Assembly (NCBI GenBank): GCA_039588295.1
Contig: JBDHAB010000047.1
Coordinates: 20,607 to 34,872, forward strand
Direction of reading: 5' to 3'
Length of the DNA stretch: 14,266 nt
Source of the DNA: Gemmatimonadota bacterium
GTDB taxonomy: Bacteria > Gemmatimonadota > Gemmatimonadetes > Gemmatimonadales > GWC2-71-9
Shown here in pieces: positions 1-7,668 of this stretch; positions within the stretch are counted from its first letter, which is position 1, and each line of letters opens with the position of its first letter. The translations under genes and the position numbers were made by a program. The notes under the pieces were generated by a model. That model was not told the DNA's origin and searched no databases. It saw nothing but the letters and a program-made list of their open reading frames with translations.

Positions 1-1
1 T

Positions 2-295
2 GTTCCCATCCGTTCGATCGGATTGGTGAATCTTCCCCGCACGGAAACGTTGATGTTCGAGGTCTACCATCCCGAGGCTGCTGCACGGGAGCGCCCGCAG
101 GGCTGGGTCGATCCACCGTCGGAAGGAATTCTCTCGCTCTACGCGTTGCTCTACGCCAGCTACGCCCAGCATCTCGCATCGCAACCGCCCGACAGTACCG
201 TCGACGCATCCGCAACCCGAACCCTGGAGCGGTTGCAGTACGCGTCGCAACTTGCGGAGCGAATGTTTCAGCAGACGAGCCTGTTCCGGCAGTAG
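2..295 (+). CDS. 3' end of a gene truncated by the window edge; possibly the C-terminus of a DUF2723-type membrane protein (tentative)
   Basis: Frame is open from base 2 (VPIRSIGLVNLPRTETLMFEVYHPEAAARERPQGWVDPPSEGILSLY...) to TAG at 293-295. Composition is protein-like, and it converges on the next gene with a 16-bp gap. The family guess is from recollection only. Confidence 0.55.
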   Translation, partial: VPIRSIGLVNLPRTETLMFEVYHPEAAARERPQGWVDPPSEGILSLYALLYASYAQHLASQPPDSTVDASATRTLERLQYASQLAERMFQQTSLFRQ

Positions 296-311
296 CGCGG
301 ACGGGGTTGGG

Positions 312-2399
312 CTAGTACTCGATGCCCAACCCAAGCAGGAAGTTCCTGCCGGGCGCCGGCTCGAAGTATCGCCCCCCGCGGGCATTCACGACGGCCGACG
401 CGGCATAACGCTCATCGAGGACGTTGAGCACGGCGAGGAAGGGCCGGAACCGGACGCGTCCGACATCGCCCACCCAGCCACCGCGCACATTCGACACGTG
501 ATAGCTCTGAACCTGCGCCGCGTTGGCGTCATCGACGTGGTACGCAGCCGTGTACGTATGCTCGACGAGACCCCACGCCCCGCGAGGCCGGACCCAGCCC
601 ACCGTCAGGTACGCCCGATGTCGCGGCACACCCGGCACGGCATTGCCGTCGAACACGGCGTCCTCGGTGCGGAACTCACGGAAACGATTCCGCGCGTACG
701 TGTACGTTCCTCTTGCCGAGAGCCCCGATGGCAGGAGCACGTCCACGCCCAACTCGACACCGCGATGCCGTATCGAGCCCGCGTTGCGGAAGAACCGTCG
801 CCCGGGTTCGCTCGGCACTTCAAACGGAATGAGCGCGTCGCGAACGTCACTGTGAAACACGACGGCCTCGTACCGGAGGACCGGCCGCAGCGACCCGCGC
901 ACGCCGACCTCGTAGTTCGTGGCGCGCTGTGGCTCAAGCCCGGGGTTGAGACCTCCGCCCCCTTCCAGACGATTCACGAGCTCGGTCGTGGTCGGCGTCT
1001 CGAACGCAGTGCTCACGCTCGCCCACGGTGCGAGTTGCTCCAGTAACCGAAACACCACGCCACCCGACACGCTCACGGCTCCCATCGAGGTCGCCCCCGA
1101 TTGGTCTCCATCCTCGGGCAACCGATCGGCCACCTCGAAGCGCACCCGGTCGTATCGCACCCCACCCACGAGCGTCACGCTCGACGCTGGAGTGAGGAGG
1201 AGCTGCACGAACGGCCCCAGCTCCCGCACACGCTCGTCCTGGTCCAGCGTTCGTTGGCTCCCGTCCGTCGTGAAGTTTAGCCGGTCGTCGCGCTGCCACT
1301 GCGCGTCGAATCCCAGCGTCACCTCGGGTTGGAGCACTTGCAGTGGCAGCGGGAGCCTCAGGCTCGAGCGGGCGCCATAGCCCCACCGCCCGAGATCGAT
1401 CGTGCCGAACGTCAGTGGGTTCTCGAGCGTTCGGCGCACTCCGAACACCGCCACGTCGAGCGAAGCCCCCCGGCCGAACCGGTGACGGAGCGACACCCCG
1501 CCCTGCGCTTGGGTGACGCGCTTTCGCGCATCGACGGCCAGGTTGCGAGCGGCCGCCTGGGAGGGCACTGAGTCCAACTCCTCCTGTGTCAGGGCGCCGG
1601 GGTTTTCGGCCAGCGGCATGTGGGCGAGGTGGGCGTGGAACGTGATCATGCCGCGATCCGTCAGCGGGTGCTGGATCCGAACGGACCCTCGACCCAGGTC
1701 CGCCTCACTGTGCTCGCGGAAGCCATCGGTGGCCGTCCACGACCCGGACACATGGATCGCACCAGCGCCGAGTGGCGCGCCGAGCCCAGCCAGTGCCTTG
1801 CGAAAGAGATCGGATCCGGTGGTCAGTTGGAATCGGACAGCCGGCCGTCGTGGACGCTCGACTCGGGAGCGCAGGTTGACCACTCCCCCTGCCGCATTCC
1901 CGTACAACGCCGACGAGGCGCCGCGCAGCACTTCGATGCGCTCGATGTCGCCCAGCTCGACGTTGGTGAGCTGGCCCTGGCCGTCCGGCAGCGTCTGCGG
2001 GATACCGTCCAGGAGGACCTTCACGCCACGCACGCCAAATGCCGATCGTGCGCCGAACCCACGGATGGCCAGGCGCTGATCCAGTGCGTAGTTGTAGCGG
2101 TTGGCGGCGAACACGCCGGGAACGCCCACGAGCAGCTCATCCAGTCCGTCCGCCGCGCGCCCGCGCAACATGGTCGCACCACTGAGGGCGGTGACGGCGT
2201 AGGGTACGACGCCGAGCGGCGCGTCCGCACGGGTCACGGTGACCATGACGGGGGCAAGGGTGACCCGGGGAAGTGAGTCGGCTCTCAGCGAATCCGGCTC
2301 CGGTTCCTGCGCCCACGCACTGGAGCTGATTCCGAGCAGCACCATGGCGTGGCACGTCACAGCCCTGGCACGCGCCAAAGGCGGTGGGCGAGCGGCCAC
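312..2399 (-). CDS. TonB-dependent receptor, YncD/PqqU-like family
   Basis: Plug motif RGFGARSAFGVRGVKVLLDGIPQTLPDGQGQ...IERIEVLRGASSALYGNAAGGVVNL and C-terminus ASAVVNARGGRYFEPAPGRNFLLGLGIEY resemble E. coli YncD/PqqU, with a terminal aromatic residue. TonB-box-like VMVTVTR. Preferred start is GTG at 2399, 4 nt after the upstream stop, giving a signal peptide ending SAWA|Q. ATG at 2345 is an alternative. Confidence 0.9.
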   Translation of the reverse strand: MAARPPPLARARAVTCHAMVLLGISSSAWAQEPEPDSLRADSLPRVTLAPVMVTVTRADAPLGVVPYAVTALSGATMLRGRAADGLDELLVGVPGVFAANRYNYALDQRLAIRGFGARSAFGVRGVKVLLDGIPQTLPDGQGQLTNVELGDIERIEVLRGASSALYGNAAGGVVNLRSRVERPRRPAVRFQLTTGSDLFRKALAGLGAPLGAGAIHVSGSWTATDGFREHSEADLGRGSVRIQHPLTDRGMITFHAHLAHMPLAENPGALTQEELDSVPSQAAARNLAVDARKRVTQAQGGVSLRHRFGRGASLDVAVFGVRRTLENPLTFGTIDLGRWGYGARSSLRLPLPLQVLQPEVTLGFDAQWQRDDRLNFTTDGSQRTLDQDERVRELGPFVQLLLTPASSVTLVGGVRYDRVRFEVADRLPEDGDQSGATSMGAVSVSGGVVFRLLEQLAPWASVSTAFETPTTTELVNRLEGGGGLNPGLEPQRATNYEVGVRGSLRPVLRYEAVVFHSDVRDALIPFEVPSEPGRRFFRNAGSIRHRGVELGVDVLLPSGLSARGTYTYARNRFREFRTEDAVFDGNAVPGVPRHRAYLTVGWVRPRGAWGLVEHTYTAAYHVDDANAAQVQSYHVSNVRGGWVGDVGRVRFRPFLAVLNVLDERYAASAVVNARGGRYFEPAPGRNFLLGLGIEY

Positions 2400-2403
2400 G
2401 CGT

Positions 2404-3345
2404 TCAGTGACCGCCGGCTGTGCGGTGGCTTGCCAGGAACGAGCGGAAGCCGGCCAGGTCCGCGATCCGGACGGCGCGCGCGATAGCCGATTCGACACCG
2501 TGCGCTCCCGTGCCACCGACGATCAGCGTCACGTCGTTCGGCAGGCGTCCCCGCAGCGTCTCGAGCTGACCCGCAATGTCCGTCCCGTCCTCGGGATGCA
2601 CGATGCTCAGCGCCACGGCTTGCGGAGCATGTCGCGCCGCGGCCTCGGCGATCGGCTCGGCCGGTAAATCGGCTCCCAGGTACACGACCCGCCAGCCTTC
2701 CGCGACCGCCATGGCGGCCGCCATCATCGCGCCGAACTCATGGCGCTCGCCGGACGGCGTGGCGACGAGCAGCGTGGGCGCGCCGGGCCGCGCGCGCCAG
2801 GAACCGATGATGGTCCCCAGCAGCTGGCGGGTCACGGCGGAAGCCGCATGCTCGTGGGCAATCCCCAGTGACCCGCTCTCCCAACCACGACCGATATACT
2901 CGAGCATCGGCCGGAGCACGTGCTGCAGGAAGTCGGGAGCGCCGAGGCTCGCGGCCGCCAGGGACAGTGTCGCATCGAGCGCCGAGACATCCAGTTGCTC
3001 CACGGCCTCGATCGACCGCTCGAGGTACCGTCCGGCCGTCGCGTCGTCACCCGCCGCCGCAGGAACACGTGGAACCGCCGCCTCCGCCAGTTCATCTTCG
3101 CGCACCATCGCTGCGAGGGCATCCGTGGGGAGACCGCTGATCCGCCCGATGCTCCGTCCCGCCGCAGTGGCCCGCCTGAGCAGCCGCAGCCGCTCGATAT
3201 CGCTGTCCGAGTACAGGCGCCGGCTCCCCGCCGAGCGCCGTGGGTGGACGGCGCCGTAGCGTCGCTCCCAGGCCCGGAGGACATCCGCGGTCAGGCCGGT
3301 GCGCCGCACTACGACTTGGATCGGATGCCGCTTTTCGTCGGACAC
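2404..3345 (-). CDS. carH: MerR-family cobalamin-binding transcriptional repressor (CarH/LitR-type adenosylcobalamin photoreceptor)
   Basis: N-terminal MerR HTH with LRAWERRYG and RRLYS. W-x9-EH motif (WESGSLGIAHEH, 2848-2883), ExHxxG (ERHEFG, 2731-2748), and YLGADLP, ALS, VGG of the B12 Rossmann fold. GTG start with upstream AGGAAGG RBS. Confidence 0.9.
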   Translation of the reverse strand: MSDEKRHPIQVVVRRTGLTADVLRAWERRYGAVHPRRSAGSRRLYSDSDIERLRLLRRATAAGRSIGRISGLPTDALAAMVREDELAEAAVPRVPAAAGDDATAGRYLERSIEAVEQLDVSALDATLSLAAASLGAPDFLQHVLRPMLEYIGRGWESGSLGIAHEHAASAVTRQLLGTIIGSWRARPGAPTLLVATPSGERHEFGAMMAAAMAVAEGWRVVYLGADLPAEPIAEAAARHAPQAVALSIVHPEDGTDIAGQLETLRGRLPNDVTLIVGGTGAHGVESAIARAVRIADLAGFRSFLASHRTAGGH

Positions 3346-3357
3346 GGGCCACCTTCC

Positions 3358-3500
3358 TGTCTAGTCATTGTCGAATAATGGTTTGGCGCGAGGCGTCCAC
3401 TTGTCAAGCCTACTCAACACCGGATGTCCACATTTGAAACTGGACAAAGGCTTGACAAGATCGCTTTTCCATCTATCTTACCTTGGACAACAATTAGACA
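3358..3500. promoter_or_regulatory. Divergent promoter region with putative CarH operator boxes (TnGACA at 11-bp spacing)
   Basis: + strand: TGGACA 3441, TTGACA 3452, TGGACA 3484, TAGACA 3495. - strand: TGGACA 3430-3425, TTGACA 3407-3402, TCGACA 3374-3369, TAGACA 3363-3358. These match the core of the published CarH repeat consensus nAnnTnnACAn. Confidence 0.75.
3452..3479 (+). promoter_or_regulatory. sigma70-type promoter for the fasciclin gene
   Basis: Perfect -35 TTGACA (3452-3457), 16-bp spacer, -10 TATCTT (3474-3479). Confidence 0.65.
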
Positions 3501-3562
3501 GCAGTGGTGTTCAGTCGTCAGACAGTCAGAGGGACCAACAACCATTTGCAGAGAGGAATCTC

Positions 3563-4078
3563 ATGAAAGCCGCCACACTCGTGCCCCTCGCAGCCCTGAT
3601 CCTCGCCGCCGGCGTGGCCCAGCCTGCTTCAGCGCAGTACGCTGAAAAATCCCATTCCGAGCGTTCGAGCAAGAAGGACATCGTGGCCACGGCCGTCTCG
3701 GCTGGTTCGTTCAACACGCTCGTAACCGCCGTCAAGGCCGCCGGCCTGGTCGAGGTGCTGCAGGGCGAGGGTCCGTTCACCGTGTTTGCCCCGACGGATG
3801 AGGCATTTGCGAAGCTTCCCGAGGGCACGCTCGAGGCCCTGCTCGAAGACACGGAGAAGCTCACCGCGATCCTGATGTACCACGTCGTGCCCGGACGGGT
3901 GCTCGCGGCTGACGTCGTGAAACTCTCGTCCGCCCCGACGGTTCAGGGACAGAAGATCACGATCGACACGTCGCACGGCGTCATGGTGGACAATGCCAAA
4001 GTCGTGAAGACCGATGTCATGGCAAGCAACGGCGTGATTCACGTCATCGACACCGTGCTGATTCCGGGCGACAAGTAG
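3563..4078 (+). CDS. Secreted single-domain fasciclin (FAS1) protein, 171 aa
   Basis: RBS GAGAGGA then ATG 3563. Signal peptide [27 protein letters not shown]1 motifs [37 protein letters not shown]. Confidence 0.95.
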   Translation: MKAATLVPLAALILAAGVAQPASAQYAEKSHSERSSKKDIVATAVSAGSFNTLVTAVKAAGLVEVLQGEGPFTVFAPTDEAFAKLPEGTLEALLEDTEKLTAILMYHVVPGRVLAADVVKLSSAPTVQGQKITIDTSHGVMVDNAKVVKTDVMASNGVIHVIDTVLIPGDK

Positions 4079-4104
4079 CCAAGTCGCTAGCAGGTACCGG
4101 TTCC

Positions 4105-4135
4105 ACGCCCCGGGGCTGTTCGCCCGGGGCGTTTT
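4105..4135 (+). terminator. Rho-independent terminator of the fasciclin gene
   Basis: 10-bp stem ACGCCCCGGG (4105-4114) / CCCGGGGCGT (4123-4132), 8-nt loop, short T run to 4135. Confidence 0.8.
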
Positions 4136-4169
4136 CATCTCACGGCGCCTGGGTGCGTCACGTCCGAGA

Positions 4170-4688
4170 TCAGCACCGGCCCGCGCGGTGGTCTGCGGGG
4201 AGGCACACAAAGCCACCGGTGGCCCAATGACCGGCCAGATCGTTCTGCGCCGCCGCCTCAGCGGCGGCCAGGCGGGCTTCATACTTCGCGTTCGGGGGCA
4301 CGACAAAGGTCACCGCCCATCCCTGCCGCACCATGGTCTCGTTGACGAGCGAGTCCTGCACCCACACGTACGCCAGGGTCCGATCGAATGCATCCCGGAG
4401 TTCGACGTCCCGTTCGAGCCGGACCGTCGTCCCCAACGCGATCCGTGCCAGGAGGGCGTCACGAGACTGGTCGCCAAACGGCACCTGGTCCATCTCGGGG
4501 GTGTCCATCCCGATGAGGCGAATGCGCCTGCCGCCGAGACACTGAATCGTGTCGCCGTCGAATGCCGCCTGCACGGTGCACAGCGAATCGAAGGCGAACG
4601 TGGGCGGGGGCGTGCCACCATCGCCGCGGCACGCGACCCCGGCAACCGCCACCACCCCCACGAGGCCTGCCACTCGTCCACCCGGCAT
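4170..4688 (-). CDS. Thermonuclease (staphylococcal nuclease family), probable lipoprotein
   Basis: Motifs FDGDTI, IRLIGMDTPE, RDAFDRTLAYVW, VNETMVRQGWA. GGAGGT RBS before ATG 4688. Hydrophobic leader ends in VAGVA-C. Confidence 0.92.
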   Translation of the reverse strand: MPGGRVAGLVGVVAVAGVACRGDGGTPPPTFAFDSLCTVQAAFDGDTIQCLGGRRIRLIGMDTPEMDQVPFGDQSRDALLARIALGTTVRLERDVELRDAFDRTLAYVWVQDSLVNETMVRQGWAVTFVVPPNAKYEARLAAAEAAAQNDLAGHWATGGFVCLPADHRAGRC

Positions 4689-4767
4689 TCGCACCTCCGG
4701 ACACGTGTCACCCCGATACACAAGCAAGCCCTACGGCACCCTCGAATGGGGATGGTTTCCATCGTCC

Positions 4768-4797
4768 TTGACGAGTCGCCGCAGCGCGCCGTACGCT
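4768..4797 (+). promoter_or_regulatory. Possible sigma70 promoter of the kinase operon
   Basis: TTGACG (4768-4773), 18-bp spacer, TACGCT (4792-4797). Confidence 0.4.
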
Positions 4798-4845
4798 ATG
4801 ACACTAAGCCAGCGACGTCTGCCGGCAACCGGGTCAGGAAACCCG

Positions 4846-7668
4846 ATGCCATCACTGCTCTATCGCATCTGCGAAGCGCTGCTGCCCGACTACGAGGTTG
4901 AGCGGGAACTGGCATCGGGTGGGATGGGAACGGTGTTCCTCGCACGCGACGTCACGCTGGACCGGCAGGTCGCCATCAAGATCGTGCGTCCCGAGCTAGC
5001 CACCGCGGACGCCACCGAGCGATTTCTCCGCGAGGCGCGGCTGCTCGCGAGCCTCGGCCATCCCAACATCGTGCCGATTCACCGGGCCGGAGAAGCCCGC
5101 GGGTTCACCTACTACGTGATGGACTTCGTGGAAGGGGAGACGCTTGCCGGCCGGCTGCGCGAGGGAACGATGTCGCCGATCGCGGTGGTCAAGCTCGGCC
5201 GCGACATGCTGGATGCGCTGGAGCAGGTGCACAAGCTCGGCATCGTGCATCGCGACATCAAGCCGGCCAACATTTTCCTGCTGGGCGGTCGCGCGCTCCT
5301 CGGGGATTTCGGTATCTCGACCAAGACGGAATCGAAGAGTGCGGTGGGGACCACCGAAGGGAAGATCACGGGAACTCCTGGATACATGCCGCCCGAGCAG
5401 GCGTTCGGATGGGAGGTGACCCCGCGCACCGATCTGTACGCGGTCGGCATGGTGCTCTACGAGGCCCTCACCGGGCGACGCTGGCAGAGCCTGATTCCCG
5501 AACAGCCCGCTGACTGGTCCGGCATCCCTGGCCCAATCGCTCGCGTGCTCCGGCGGGCCCTTTTCTGGGACTCCAACCAGCGCTGGGCCGACGCGGCGGC
5601 CTTCCGCCGCGCTCTCTGGAGGACGCGCACCAGAAAGTACCGGCAGCAGGCATTCTACCTGGCCATGGGCACTCTGGCGGCGGGGATTCTTGGGGCGCTC
5701 CTGCTTCCGAAGGCCGATGGCACGCTGGGGCCGCCAGCCGACCTGGCGATTCTCCCGTTCGACGTGGGACCGGGTGTCGACCCGTCGTGGAGTGAGGACA
5801 TCCCGCAGTTAATCAATTCGAATCTCTCCACCGTGACCATCGTGCCTCTGAAAAGCTCCTTTGGGTGGCACGCTCCCGATGGCGACGATGGGAACGCTCC
5901 GTTTGAGGCGCTGCACACGCGCACGATTCTCGACGGAACGATCGAGCGGGACGGCGAGAACCTCGTTGTCTCGATGGAGCTGCGCCAACGTGGGGTCCGG
6001 CAGCCACTCGGGGCCCACCTCGCGACCCCGCTCGCTCAGATCTCGGACTACGCGTGTCGACTCAGCCACGAGGTCCTGCGCCTGGTTGCACCGGACAAGG
6101 TGCCCGACTTCTCCTGCAACCTCGCCCTTGAAGATGAGGCGATGCTGGCTTATCTGGCTGGCGAACGCGCGTTTCGCGAACAGGCATGGGGCACGGCGGC
6201 TAACGAGTTCAAGCGCGCGCTCGAGGTCGAGCCCGAGTTCACCCTCGCACAGTGGCGGCTCATCAGAACACTACGCTGGCTGCGCGAACCGGTCGACGTG
6301 GACCGGGAGCAGCTGTGGCATCAACGGCACCAGCTGTCCGAAATCAACATCCTGCTGCTCGACGCGTGGAGAACACCGTTCGGCCCCGGCCGTCTGGAGA
6401 AGTACGACTCCGCCGTCAACAAGCATCCCCGAGATCCTTATGCCTGGCTCGACTTCGGCAACGAGCTATTTCACCGCGGCGCGCTGCTCGAGATTCCGCT
6501 CGACAGCGCCCTCGCTGTCTACCGCGAGGCACTCCGCTGGGACTCGGCGTTCGGACCGGCCCTGCTGGAGCTGTTTTGGGGGGAAACGCGTCTCGGGAGA
6601 CCGGACTCAGCGAGGGCGGCCCTGGACCGCCTCAAACACATTTCGCCGCCCGAGGCACTGGTGCCCACGTGGCTGCTCGAGTTCGTCTATGCTGAGCGTT
6701 TCGGGACGGCTGGGGAAAACACGCAGGAACTCATGGAGCAGCTTGGCGCCGAGCGTGGCTGGTCGGCCGATCTCGACACTCTGGTGTGGCAGAACCTGCG
6801 TTGGGGAACGTCGTTCGACATCCCGGCCACCCAGGTAGCCCTCGCGGAGGGTCTGCTCACGATTCCAGGCATCCCTCGCGACCAGCAGGTCAACGTGCGC
6901 GAGGCACGCGGCCTGGCGCTGGTGGCGCTTGGACGGTGGTCGGAGGCGCTCGCGGAATTCGACGCGGTGACGGAAGTCTCCAACTCCAACGAAGCGGCCC
7001 TACAGGCCGCCCAATGGAGAGTCGTTCCGCAGGCCCTCGGCATACCCGGCGTGGCTCCCAGGGAGATCGCTCGGGGCCGCTCTGAGCTCGAGCGGCTCGC
7101 GCAAGGCGGCGCCATGGCCGCCCGCGCTCGGTGGACGCTGGGCGTTGACGCCGCCTTCTCCGGGAACGCACCGGCGCTCGCCACTGCACGACGCCGCCTG
7201 CGGTTGCTGCCCGACACCAGCGCAACGCAGCTTGCCACCTCGTTATCCGCGCTGCAGCTCGGTGCCTCCGACGACGTGCGGTCTGCGCTTACCACGTCTG
7301 ACTCGCTAACGCCGTTCATCGTCGCAAACCTGGTGACGGACCCGTTTCTTCGCAGCGTCCATTACCTCAAGCGCTACGAGTGGCGCACACAACTCGATGA
7401 CCGTGACGCGGCACGGGAGCTTCAGTGGCACGAGGGTAGCGACATCCGCTCGTGGCCCAAAGGCTTTGCCCAGGCGGGAGAAATCGACTGGGCGTTGGGG
7501 ACGCACGCACGCTTCCTCGTCGGAAAGGATGAGGTGACTCGAGGAGATCACACCGCTGGGTGCAGGACGCTCCGTCGCGTCCTCGAGCATTGGGCGCACG
7601 CCGATGCCGCGTTGGACTCGGTACGCCAGGAGGCTGACGAGATGGTACGGGAGCGGTGCCCCACGTGA
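4846..7668 (+). CDS. Membrane-anchored Hanks-type Ser/Thr protein kinase with an extracytoplasmic TolB-N-like/TPR-like region, 940 aa
   Basis: LASGGMGTVFLA, VAIK, HRDIKPANI, DFG, GTPGYMPPEQ, DLYAVG. A basic patch precedes a TM segment (FYLAMGTLAAGILGALLL), followed by LAILPF and helical TPR-like repeats. AGGA upstream of ATG 4846. Confidence 0.93.
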   Translation: MPSLLYRICEALLPDYEVERELASGGMGTVFLARDVTLDRQVAIKIVRPELATADATERFLREARLLASLGHPNIVPIHRAGEARGFTYYVMDFVEGETLAGRLREGTMSPIAVVKLGRDMLDALEQVHKLGIVHRDIKPANIFLLGGRALLGDFGISTKTESKSAVGTTEGKITGTPGYMPPEQAFGWEVTPRTDLYAVGMVLYEALTGRRWQSLIPEQPADWSGIPGPIARVLRRALFWDSNQRWADAAAFRRALWRTRTRKYRQQAFYLAMGTLAAGILGALLLPKADGTLGPPADLAILPFDVGPGVDPSWSEDIPQLINSNLSTVTIVPLKSSFGWHAPDGDDGNAPFEALHTRTILDGTIERDGENLVVSMELRQRGVRQPLGAHLATPLAQISDYACRLSHEVLRLVAPDKVPDFSCNLALEDEAMLAYLAGERAFREQAWGTAANEFKRALEVEPEFTLAQWRLIRTLRWLREPVDVDREQLWHQRHQLSEINILLLDAWRTPFGPGRLEKYDSAVNKHPRDPYAWLDFGNELFHRGALLEIPLDSALAVYREALRWDSAFGPALLELFWGETRLGRPDSARAALDRLKHISPPEALVPTWLLEFVYAERFGTAGENTQELMEQLGAERGWSADLDTLVWQNLRWGTSFDIPATQVALAEGLLTIPGIPRDQQVNVREARGLALVALGRWSEALAEFDAVTEVSNSNEAALQAAQWRVVPQALGIPGVAPREIARGRSELERLAQGGAMAARARWTLGVDAAFSGNAPALATARRRLRLLPDTSATQLATSLSALQLGASDDVRSALTTSDSLTPFIVANLVTDPFLRSVHYLKRYEWRTQLDDRDAARELQWHEGSDIRSWPKGFAQAGEIDWALGTHARFLVGKDEVTRGDHTAGCRTLRRVLEHWAHADAALDSVRQEADEMVRERCPT

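Noticed and set aside
2400..2516. N-terminal extension of the first receptor to GTG 2516
   Set aside because: It overlaps the conserved C-terminus of the CarH gene. GTG 2399 gives a normal signal peptide right after the stop.
3368..3562. 65-aa N-terminal extension of fasciclin, and small ORFs in the spacer
   Set aside because: The region is promoter/operator DNA. The RBS and signal peptide point to ATG 3563.
3346..3562. Cobalamin riboswitch upstream of the B12-related operon
   Set aside because: No recognisable B12-box or conserved core. The structure is better explained by protein-binding boxes.
4751..4763. Small hairpin GATGG-TTT-CCATC in the nuclease/kinase spacer
   Set aside because: A 5-bp stem with no U-tract, compatible with chance.
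4549..4845. 99-aa N-terminal extension of the kinase
   Set aside because: It is partly antisense to the thermonuclease and spans the divergent promoter. The kinase domain begins just after ATG 4846.
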